NCBI RefSeq assembly: GCF_037042905.1
Contig: NC_087256.1
Span: 6,138,001 to 6,202,000 of the forward strand
Reading direction: 5' to 3'
From: Lytechinus pictus
Taxonomy: Eukaryota
Length of the DNA stretch: 64,000 bases
The notes under the pieces are model-generated. The model had not been told where the DNA came from. It ran no database searches and saw nothing but the letters and a program-made list of their open reading frames with translations. The position numbers and the translations under genes are program-made. Below are positions 36,001-48,000 of the stretch, piece by piece. Numbering within the stretch: the first letter of the stretch is position 1; each line of letters opens with the position of its first letter.

Positions 36001-39000
36001 CAGCACATTTCGATTACAAATGAGCTCCTTATTCATTTCTCCCCGTATTTATAACCAAATTCTGGTACCGCTCCGACACCTCCATACCAACGCTAAACCA
36101 AGGTTCATCACCGCAATGGATCGCTACTTTAACGCCCAGCACCGTTCCAGCAATCCCGTGTCCGCTCGGAAAACGCTTACAACCGCACCACCAAAGTTTG
36201 CGAACCGTTTAATCACCGGCCGGGCAACGCTGGCGAAGTAGCGGTTGTCCAGCGTTCAATATTTCTGCGTTTGCCTAGCGGACCCAAGCGTTCACGAACT
36301 TTCGTCTAGCAGTGACTGGGCGTTGTTAGAGCGGTAGTCAACTTTGCTGGAGCGGAAAATTGCCCGCTCCTCACCGCTCGCAATATTTTGAGCAGCTCAA
36401 AACTTTCGGAGCGGTAGGAGGGACCATCAGCGGTGGCCGAGCGTATTCGGCGTTGCCTTAACGGATGCCAACTTTGGTTAAACGGTGGTGAACGGTAGCG
36501 AGCGGTGATGATTTTTTCTCTCCGCTCCCCGACCGCTCCAACAACGCTCGGGCGGTGTGACCAGGCCTTAAGATTTCACGATGGAACACATTAAATTTAA
36601 CCTATTAAAGAAAAGATACCTGAATAAACTTGAAATATATACCTGAATATGGAAGAACAGTTGTGTGGTGGCTCTGGTTATCAACGGGTTGAGGTGATTG
36701 GTGGTGATGATGGTGATGGTGGATGTTGGATACCCCACTAAGAGGATAATCACTAAGTGGTTTCCTTGGCAACACGACAGGTGAATGAATCGTGGTCATG
36801 TGTCCCATCTGAGTTCCTCTCGTAAAATCACTATCAGGATACAGCTGAAGATTTCTAGTAAAATATAAAAACGAACGAAGAAGAGAAAATTTTAAACTCA
36901 GAACATTTTATTTTCATTTATTTTATGAAAAGTTTCCTGATACAAAACAAAAATGTAGATAACCAGACAAATAGACAGATAACTAATTAACTAAATGAGT
37001 AATTAAATAAATAAAGCAATTGATTAACAGATAGCTAACTAATAAATGCATCCATCGATGCTTTTTATTAATTTTTTAACCATTTGTATATTATTTTTCA
37101 ATTCATTGATTTTGTTCATTCATTTATTTAGTCATTATTCGTGTCAGTTATTCGTAAATTTATTTATATTTTCATTCTTTCTACATTGCATAATATATTT
37201 TTTTCGATTGAGCTTGCAAAAATATATAATGCTTTTTTGTGAAGCAACTGTCTATTTCTGTGTCATTTTTACTCCATTTTATAGCATGCATTAGAATTAC
37301 ACGTTCATCATAATTCCGTATGTATGTCCTTCAAGAGGTTTGTTATTATATTTGTATCGTATGTTCTTTATTTATATTACAAAACAAAATAGATGAAATA
37401 TCGAACGATAAATTAATGTAATTTAAAATCTGAAATGTTGTTAAGCTTTCGTGATTGTATATAAGAACGTCTTATTAACTTATACATGCTAATGAAAAAA
37501 AAATTATGAATAGATCTTGTGATGAAATGCAATTTATTACAGAAGGGCAATATAATCACCTTCAATAGAAATGAAAGGTTTGTTTGACCTTTTATCAGAT
37601 AAAAGTAACAGGTAGAAAGAATTAATCCAGAAAATAGGAACATGAATGTCATTGATGAATGAACTGCAATTACAAAGTTAAAGGACAGTGGCGTAATGAG
37701 GAAATAATTTTTAAAGGGGGTCAGACATCGCATATGAGCAAGCTGCGAGTGAGCAAAGAGAGTGATAAATTTCTGACCTTTTTTGACACAAAAATAAAAT
37801 TTTGTGATAGATAGTGACATGATATTTAGAAGGTAGTATCATTTTTCACCTTTTCCCTTTCTTATCCATTCCTCCTTTTTTTCTTTGTCGTGAAATTTTT
37901 TGGGGGGTCAGTGATATAAGGAAAATGGAAATTCACATTTATACAATGTTGGATTATTTCAAGCAGAAAATCCGATTAGACATACTAAATTAAAAATATA
38001 AAAAACAAAATCACGAATTAATTTGGAAATAAGTTACAAAGAATTGGGGGGGGGAGAAAAATGTTTGAAATACATTGTATATATATGTATGACTTTTCTA
38101 ATTTCATCATAATATGGAACTTAACAAATCTTAGAGAAACAGTTAAGAAAAACTTTAAGCCTCTTTAAGAAATGATTTCGTGTGTTACTTGCATTTAAGG
38201 TCACTAAGGTGAATGGATGTTAATAAATATTATAGCATCGGCAAAATAAAAATATTGTCATATTAGCGTCTTAGGGATTTCAAATTTTCATATTTATATC
38301 ATTCCTTGTTAAACTTCACAAAAATGCTTCTCAGAATTCAGAGTTTCCGATGAAGCTATATTAGTCAAGTAAATAATTTAAGTACTTAACAAAAATCGAG
38401 GAGTGGCAATGAAAGCATTTACAAGAGGTTGAGAATACAAACGACGCACGAAAATGTATTTATGCATTTATACAGTCGAGTGTAACTTTAAAAGTTTGAC
38501 TTCCAAGGCGCCAAATCTCCTCTGTAGAGTGCTCAATACGCATAAGGTTTAGAATGGTTTGAAAAGATTTGTGAAAAGACTCGACCAGTGATACAATTTT
38601 GGGGTCTTGAGGAAGATTATTCCACAAAGTGATGATGATATATCTGCGTGTTCCGAATTCATTTTGAAAGATGAAGATTGAACTTTATTCTTTCATCAAC
38701 TTGATTCCATTTTTATTTTATCTTGAGAAGTGATGACATTGAATTCTAACTGAATTTGTAATCGGTATTATTTCATCTCTTTCAATAAATAGGGCAGAAA
38801 AGTCTGGCATTCCTGGAATGTTTCAATTGGCCGAAGAAATTGATTGATTAATCTAAGTTTCATGCGGGGAAAAAATGAGAGGAAATAGCGCCGTGTAATG
38901 TCGAAAAGGATTTCTATAATAACATAATTACTCCCCAATGACATTTCATAAAAAGAAAGGCTTTATTTCAATTCATAAACTCAAGCAAGACGTGCTAAAC

Positions 39001-42000
39001 ACAGAACGAAATTTTTATTCAGACATCGAAAATGATCTATGATGTTTGGCATATTTGTCTTTGAATAGAGACAAAAATTCCAATTTCGATCTTATCCCTG
39101 GCGCAGCTGCCTTTGTTGCTGGTATTTTCACGCTAATAAGGGGTCCGGTGATAGCATTTTTCCCCTTGTTAATCTATCTACTTTTAGAAAATTGAAAAGA
39201 TTTTTATAAAGTTCCAATCCTGTCCTTTGCCGGCACAAGGACTTTTGGTGAGAGATTTCTCTTATATTGTCTATCCTTAACAAACACACAAACTATGAAG
39301 AAAAGACTTGACATGTTTACCAAGAGTTCGCTTCATTTTTTCGGCGACAAACCAAACATAAAAACAGCCCCAGGCTACAACATTACACACACACACCCGA
39401 CAGTATGTTTGAAGACAAAGAGAAAGAGAGTGAGAACACTGATTCTAATCATCATTCATTGGAGCAGAGAAAATATTAATTCTTACGAACAAATCCCTGC
39501 CCTTTGTGCAAAAAACAAATTATTTTGTAGAAGAGAAATAGAGAATAGAGGCGGGTGAATGGTGGCAAAGACAGACTGAAAAGAGAAGCGTTAGCGAGAC
39601 GAAGAAACAGAATCGACATTTAAGTTAATTGTATACAGTATATGTCGAGTATTCAATAGGCGAGGTTCAGGAAGGATAAATTATCCCGGATTGGAGCGGG
39701 AGAGGAGAAAGGCATGAAATAGAGGGGGTGAGATTTGGGGAAAGGGGGGCATTGATGAGGAATTGGGGGTGCAATGGTGCCCGAGGCGTGAAGCCCCGGT
39801 AAGGAGCTATAGTCCTGGTCTTAATCCTTAAACAATGCCCCAACCAGACCCCACGACTCCAAACCCTTCTTTGTAGCCACACCGAAAAGAAGATGGGGTG
39901 TACCGGAGCTCAAGGGACTGGTTTTAAACCCTAGTGTCTTGATTGTCTTCTTCAAGAAGATAATCAGAGACAATGGCGGGTTTCTGTTGTTACTTTCTAA
40001 GCGCTCTGACGAGACTCGGTTAATAAGAATGAAGCTTTCCCCTCCCCGTTCGATTTACCGTCCTTACTTTAAATTTATTTTGCTTTCCGTAACTTTCCCC
40101 AAATTAAGCCAACTTAGTCAGCGCCCGCTCTACCTGATATGTATCCTCAGCTAACTGCACCGACCTACTCCTCTCTAATCCTGTATTAAACATGAAATAT
40201 TTTCTTACTCCAGATCTCAGATATCTGCCTAATCTAAACTCTACCTAAACATTTAAAACTTCAAATGAAATCTGGGGCGTGAGCATTGATCGGCAAGAAC
40301 CCATGAAACTGAAAAAACAAATCCTGACTTTGAAACCCTTCGAGTGAACTCTCTGGCTTCGTGTAATCTACGCCAAAATGTTGGTGGAATTTAGACTATA
40401 AGAGAAAATAAATAAATCAGGGCTTCCTATTAGCCTCCTTCTAATAAAATCGGAAGTTTCATTAATGTGTTTTGCTGTTTTTGTTTTTGTACAGCTTCTA
40501 ATGAGTTATCTGTTTAACTCCCTTAAGTGCCATTGAGAAGCAATTCGTGAAACCGTCCCGAAGAAGTGACTCTGTGACAGTTCGCACTTTATAAGATTAC
40601 AGATTGAGGAGGAGAAACAAAAGTCTGACGGGAAAATCCTTTCAGTGACGAAATGATTGTATAGAAGAATCACGTCTGTAGCAATCCCATTTCGCACAAT
40701 TTTTTTTTTTATTGAAAACTTGAAGAAAAAAAATATGTGCATTCTGCTTTTATAAATTAAAGAATTAACGAACGGGTTTTAAAAAAAAATGAAAATAATT
40801 CAGGGAAAAGAAATAGAATTACGTACCATTTTGGTCAAGAATTTGAGTTTCTGAAATCTTTGACACGTTTTTCTTTATGAAATATGACAACACATAAAAC
40901 AACACGTAAAGTCGTCTAGAGTAAATAATATATATTTTGTTCACTTTCTCACGCCAACCACGCCCATACATCTTGCCTTTCTTTCTAGTTCTCCCTCTTC
41001 CTTTTACCACTTTTTTCTCTCTTATACCTTTCTTTCTTTTCTTATCCCACTTTTCTGTCAATTTCGTTACTGTCTCAACCATCTCTCTGTGGATCAGCTA
41101 TCCATTNNNNNNNNNNNNNNNNNNNNNNNNNNNNNNNNNNNNNNNNNNNNNNNNNNNNNNNNNNNNNNNNNNNNNNNNNNNNNNNNNNNNNNNNNNNNNN
41201 NNNNNNNNNNNNNNNNNNNNNNNNNNNNNNNNNNNNNNNNNNNNNNNNNNNNNNNNNNNNNNNNNNNNNNNNNNNNNNNNNNNNNNNNNNNNNNNNNNNN
41301 NNNNNNNNNNNNNNNNNNNNNNNNNNNNNNNNNNNNNNNNNNNNNNNNNNNNNNNNNNNNNNNNNNNNNNNNNNNNNNNNNNNNNNNNNNNNNNNNNNNN
41401 NNNNNNNNNNNNNNNNNNNNNNNNNNNNNNNNNNNNNNNNNNNNNNNNNNNNNNNNNNNNNNNNNNNNNNNNNNNNNNNNNNNNNNNNNNNNNNNNNNNN
41501 NNNNNNNNNNNNNNNNNNNNNNNNNNNNNNNNNNNNNNNNNNNNNNNNNNNNNNNNNNNNNNNNNNNNNNNNNNNNNNNNNNNNNNNNNNNNNNNNNNNN
41601 NNNNNNNNNNNNNNNNNCTATATATTTAATTATCTCCGTCCTTTCTCTTTCTACTCGTCCAAATAAATATTTTAACGGTGTTTTTCTTTGGACACCAGTC
41701 ATCCACGACGAAGACTCGCAATCAGCTTAATTTCAATTGTAAGAAATAGATTCTAAACATCTCTTGTTCTGTTTTGATCCATGACAACCAGAAATACATG
41801 AAACGTTTTGTTAAGAAGATGTAGCATGTAGGAGGATAATGTTATATAACCATTTCTTCATGGACATCGGAGAAAGGAATGAGCCAGTGAGGTCGCGTTA
41901 GGGGGCGCGCAAGTCCAGGTTAGAGAAAAAAAATCATCGTAGGAAATCAGAAGAGATGATTGTTTCATATATTTTTTTTAATTCAGCTTTCAACTGCAAT

Positions 42001-45000
42001 ACACCAGCTCATAATGGCATGACACCCAATGATTGGATGAGTAAAAATTTGTTTTAGAAACTTATGACATTATTTTGAAATAACAAGTTTATGAAAACTG
42101 GGCGTAATCAGGAACGGTTACGACGACTAATATGTTTTTATATATATATATTTTTTAGTCTTGGTCAATGAAAATAAAAATGTTCGAACTGGGTATATGA
42201 GATGGGGAGGGGATAACAATAATTGGCTGAGCAGCATGAAAAATTAGGTAAAATGCACACAATTCCCACCCATTCCATACCCATCGTCCAGGCCACAGAC
42301 GTCGCTGCTAATGGGCGTTTCAATGACAACAGTAACGGTAAGTTTTGTTTGAAATTAAAATAAATCTTCAATATAATCTTCGAAAACAATACAAGACTAT
42401 GTAATACATTAACAAGATATAATAACACAAAGTATTTTAGAGTTTTCCCGACCTTTTCAACGAAATTCTATCTGATGTTGTTTGAAGGTTTGCATGGTGG
42501 TATGTACAATCGCTGATGTGGTTTACGGTACACCATGTGAAGTGTTATAGAAACAGTGGATAGAAGAAGAGAAGAAATGGATAGGCGAGAAAGTGGAGAT
42601 TTGAGAGTAGAGTAGAGAAATTCTATTTGTATTCAAGCAAAGTTTAACTTCATAATAAATTTAACTAATCACATTCTGGGAAGAAAACAATTCTGGTTTT
42701 AAGACAGATGATTATCTCAATATAGACATAAGCTTGTTAAAATATCTTAAAATTTAATTTCCAGCCTGTAAAAGAACAAAAATATTCCCAGTGAAAAGAC
42801 AGAATATGAAGACGTAGATATGCTCCTTTTGCTGTAACAAAGTGGGCAATAATTCCTCGTCAAAGTAATATCTACGCCTAAATGGATCATGCTAAGTGGA
42901 ATGTTACACTATATGCAACAGGATAAAATACTTACGACGCGCGGGCGATGCTACGGCAGGAAGGGATCCAATGAAGTTTAAGTTTTGAAGAAAAAAAACA
43001 GGGAAAGGGAATGGAAAGGGGGAAATGAAAAGAAAATGAAGTGTGTGGAAATGGAAAGAGTGGCTTGAGAGATCTTGTGTTGCGTTTTAAGAAGAAACAA
43101 GTTCAAACTGACTTTCATGTCACCTTGCGCCCCCATTACCTTATTCAAATTTATATTTGTATTTATTCATTAAAAAAAAATAAACCAAGTAATCAAAATG
43201 AAAATCATTTTTTTTATTTATCTGTGACCCGCTATTTCTTCAATTTTGCCATGATCTGAGTTATCTTCAACAAGTTTCAAATCATTATATTTGGGCGCGA
43301 TGATGTTGGTTTGTATTATCTTAATTTTAGTCTTAAAGCCTGTCATTAGCTTTGGTAAGGGTCATTAATGTGATATTAGAGTATCATCGAACATTTCAAT
43401 ACTACAAAAAGCGTAGGAATCATTGAATGCATTTCTCCAATTTAAATATGATTTTTTCCGGCAGTTATGATTCAAATTCAAATGTAGCGCCCTCACTAGG
43501 TAATGCTTTTATTTTTATTTAAAATGACAATTTGAGCAATTACTTTACATATTTAGTAATTGGAAAGTAGAAAGCTGATTGTAAAAATGATATCCTGAAT
43601 TATTTCTCTCTACCCTTTATTTTGCTTGAAGCTTGTTTTATGCTTTCCTAATTTGTTCGGTCATTTGTTGATATGTCCAAAGAGGGAATGGAGCAACCAT
43701 TTAATATCTCTATTATCTCTTCCATCATGGCAATACGCAGAATTTTCTCCTGCAAGGGGGGTGTAAAAAAATCGGAAGCGAAGAGATCGAGCTTGCCACG
43801 GGGCGCTTTAACATAATATTCTTAAGTGAAATTGAAAAACATTGTGCACACTTCTTATGAGTTTTTGTGAAAATGTTCAGTGAAAATGTATTTAGAATAA
43901 CTGTCCCCCCCTGCTGCGTACGGCCTTGTCTACTATGAGGCATTCAGATTGTTGGAAGGATATACATTAATAACATTGCTAAAATTGAGGATATAATTTT
44001 ATAGGCAATTATTATACTTTGTTTTAATTTTGATACGATATTAAAACAAGCAATAACATTAAAAAAAATAAAGAAAATTGCACTGATCGAAAGTGTCACA
44101 GTTAAATTTCTGGTGCCAAGTGGTAGGTTCTCGTTTTACGGGCATCAATAAAATCTAAATATAAACCTATGCCAAATTGTCATTAATGTTTATATGTTTC
44201 ATATTTCTAATCCTTCTTTACCCTAGCAGATGACTCATTTTCCCTTTTTTCAATATCTGTTTCATTGTGATATCGCTATGTCTATAATGCCATTGTCATT
44301 ATCTTTGTCATTTCAATTTCATTATAAATTGTATGACTCAAGATAGTGACACTCGATTACGAGAAATTCGAACTTTTGTGTAAGCTGCGAGAACCCGAGA
44401 TATGAATCAATACCGTTCGAGTGATTCCAAATTTCAGAGAATTTATGAATTCCATTTTCATTGCAATATACATTTAAAAAGAATTAAGGACTTATAAAGA
44501 AATAAAGAATGGAATACAAGTGCATTAAACACCATGAAGTTCTGTGAAAAGCACTAGTATTTGGCAAGCCAACCATACCTCATCGCAAAGAAATCAATGG
44601 TGTCCCAAAACCGCAGGGTTTTGACGGTCAAATCTGGACATAACGCTTGACCACTGGTCAGGCAGTAGGTCATAATTCCTTTTACATTTGTTCTTGTTAT
44701 TGAACTTTTTATAATAGCACAATAATGCCGTATGCAATGAGTATTGTGGTCACAATTTTGTCTTCATTATTTTGTTCTGTACTACAGCATAGTAACACCA
44801 TGCGCTGGACAACCTTAGCAAAGAGATTTGAGCATGCATTTTCTTGTGTTGGTGTAAAAGCTTTCACGTGCAGTTAGATTTTGCGATCATCTGTTCCCAA
44901 GAATTAATATTGCCCTTTTTCATTCATACTCTTGATAACCTGCCAAAATAACGCTTTATTCCAAAAAGCTTGTATTATTGTCTGATAAATATGAAAACTG

Positions 45001-48000
45001 TAAATTATATCTATATCTTGGGCACTCTGCAGAGTGGATTTTGCGCATTATAAATCACGTTTATTATTATTATTAATAGTGTCAATCAATATTGTCGAAA
45101 GGAATATAAATAAATATCTTTCAGCGACTGAAGACGACGACGATGATGATGATGCTGACCATGATACTGATGATCAGCAACATTTTTTAGTTCCTTATAA
45201 TCTTGCTAAATTGTAAAATAATTTACTGTGGTTATTACCATGATGTCAGAATGACATTTTAAAGACAAAGGGAGGGGTGAAATACAAAATAATTTTCATA
45301 AAGAGCCACCCTCATTATTTTCGTGATTATGCTTTAATACTGTATACTAGAATATTTTATTTTACTTTTTATGATTATCTTGAATGTCACAGGAAAAACC
45401 TTTTTTGATATTTTGTTTCAAGTCTCAAGATAGATAGATATATAAGTGTGAGGAATTTCATGAAAAACAGCTTTTGCCACTACTTTCATTTGAATATATT
45501 GTGAAAAAGATGGGGATAAGGAATAATGGTAGACGTATCATCATGAAATTGAGTTCTCAGAGCTATCCTCTCTTTTGAAAATGTTTGTGAGGCCAAAAAA
45601 TATCGTTGCCGATATTCAAGCCAGGGACCCCAGATAATAGTTAGAATAGCAAAATCTGTACATTTATCAGACATTAAAATGAAATGAAAACCGATATTAA
45701 GTAAGATTGCATTGCAGTGGAAAATATATAGTCAATTACTACTACAAAGTATAGAGTGATGCGAACGAGAAACTTTCAGGCTACTAAATTAACGTGTGAA
45801 TCACTAAAAAATATTAACGTGATTTCATTCTCAAAAAATTATTATGGGCTGCATCATCACGATTACTGGTAGTTAGAAACGAATTATTGTTTTAATAATT
45901 ATTTTAAATGAGGGGGAGGGGTGTTGCGCAGTTCCCCTTTCTATTTCCCTTTCTCCCTCATCCCTCCTCCCCTCACATCCCCTCCTCTTTCTTTTTGTTA
46001 TTTCTTCACCCCCCTTCACCTTTTTTTTTCACCTTTCCCCCCTCTATCTCCCCTTCTCAAGTCTCAACCCTTCTCATTCATCATGTTCAAAACGAATACC
46101 ACAGTAATTGTTCCTTGTCACGCCTATGTGTATTTTCTGGACATCTCTGTCCCATTTATCTCTATTAAAGAAACTATAAATATGCTTATTAATCACCTGT
46201 TGGATCTCTCACAAAGGACACTCTGTCTACTTCAACAAGTCTCTTATTATTCAATGTTGTCATTATTATTATATTTTGCACAATCAAACAATAGGTATAA
46301 TCTTTGTTTACTCAATCTTCATCTATAATCTGGTAACAAATTATACTTATATTTTTTAGTTCTTCTGGGCGTGAATCTTTAGTCCTTTCTATCGGCGTCT
46401 CTATCTATCTCTCTATTTCACACCCACACACACCACACCCACCCCACGCACATATAGGCTTACTCTATTTTATATTCATTCACTCTCTCCTCTATTCGTC
46501 TTTCCTTTACGCCAATACACATTCCGTTACGTTTTCTGTCGATCGTTTATCATGTTTGTACTTCATCTCGTATAGACTTGTGTGTATTCTCCCCCTCCCT
46601 TTAAAAACCGAAATGTTTAAACATGTTAAGTAAACATCTAAGAAAAAAATGAATTAATAAATAAAGTCATAGGCCACCTCAGCAAATTAAGCTAATTTTT
46701 CATTGGATCCCTTTGAAAAATAATACATCCAGGGCAAAGTACTTCCGTCTCACTCCATCCCTTTCAAACTTACCCCCTCCCCTCCTCTCCGTCCTCTCGA
46801 TTTCCTCCATCTCATTAACACCCTTACTACAAAACTAACAACCTTATAAATACTAATTGTCCAATGGCTTCTGTTTTTACACAGCTTCATCTACTTTGTA
46901 ATGGGCTATCGTTTCAAACACACACTGCAAATAGAAACCCTATACATTTCAAGCAAACTGGACCAGCACATAATGCAGAGAGCAAATACAAATTCACCTT
47001 AAACCATGGGGTTGATTTCACGACCCCATTTCAATCTTCCCACCGGTGTCGAACCTGATCAGATGAAGCGATTTAGTTTGAAATTGCATGGCTTGAGATT
47101 AGAAATCTATCTTTTAAGTATTATGCTTTCCCATGCCCCATGCTTTAACTTAAAGGACAAGTCCACCCTAACAGTTGATTTGAATAAAAAGAGAAAAATC
47201 CAACAAGCATAACACTGGCAATTTCATCAAAATCGAATGAAAAAAGAAGAAAGTTAAGACATTTAAAGTTTCGCTTAATTTCACAAAACAGTTCCATGCA
47301 CATCCAGGTTGGTATGCAAATGAGGAGACTGATGACATCATCCACTCACTATTTCTTTTGTATTTTATATGAAATATTTTATATAAATATGAAATATTAT
47401 AATTTTCTCCGCACTGGCATGTGAAACAATGATTAATTCCTCCCTAAACATGTGGAATTAGCACTGTTTTATACTATATGGTTCAGTCGAGTTGGTCCTG
47501 ATTGTCGAATCTGTAAAAAATGAAATAGTTTGATTCAAACAATAAGAAAACAAAAGAAATAGTGGGTGAAAGACATCATCGACTGTCTCATTTGCATGTC
47601 ACTGTGTTGTGCATATCACTGTTTTGTGAAAAGTAAGCGAAACTGTAAAATGTCATAAATTTCTTATTTTACATCCGATTTTGACATAAATTTTCAGCGT
47701 TATGCTAGTTTGATTTTCCTTTATTTATTCAAATCAACATTTTCTGGGTGGACTTGACCTTTAAGTATATATACATGCATATGTTTTCCCATGCTTTAAC
47801 TTTATCCAGATATTATTTAGAAAAAAGTAGACACACGAAATGAACGATAGACTTTCTCCTTGTTCAGTAACCGAATACAACTTAACGACGGTTTAAAGAA
47901 TGATATGAAATAATCACAACTTGAGTGATACTAGTAAACCTTTCTGCCAAACTGATTGATAATGCTAATGCTATATATTTCAACCAATCTAGCAAAAAGT

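Noticed and set aside
39667-39882. 71-aa minus-strand ORF as an extra glass exon
   Set aside because: It has no convincing splice sites, and exons 1 and 2 already join in phase.
40937-41730. Long ORFs spanning N runs (also near 9480-10074 and 53500-53938)
   Set aside because: They are artefacts of assembly gaps.
47326-47345. CTGATGA hammerhead core motif (also near 60004)
   Set aside because: It lies inside T2 MITEs, with no stem II/GAAA/stem III arrangement.
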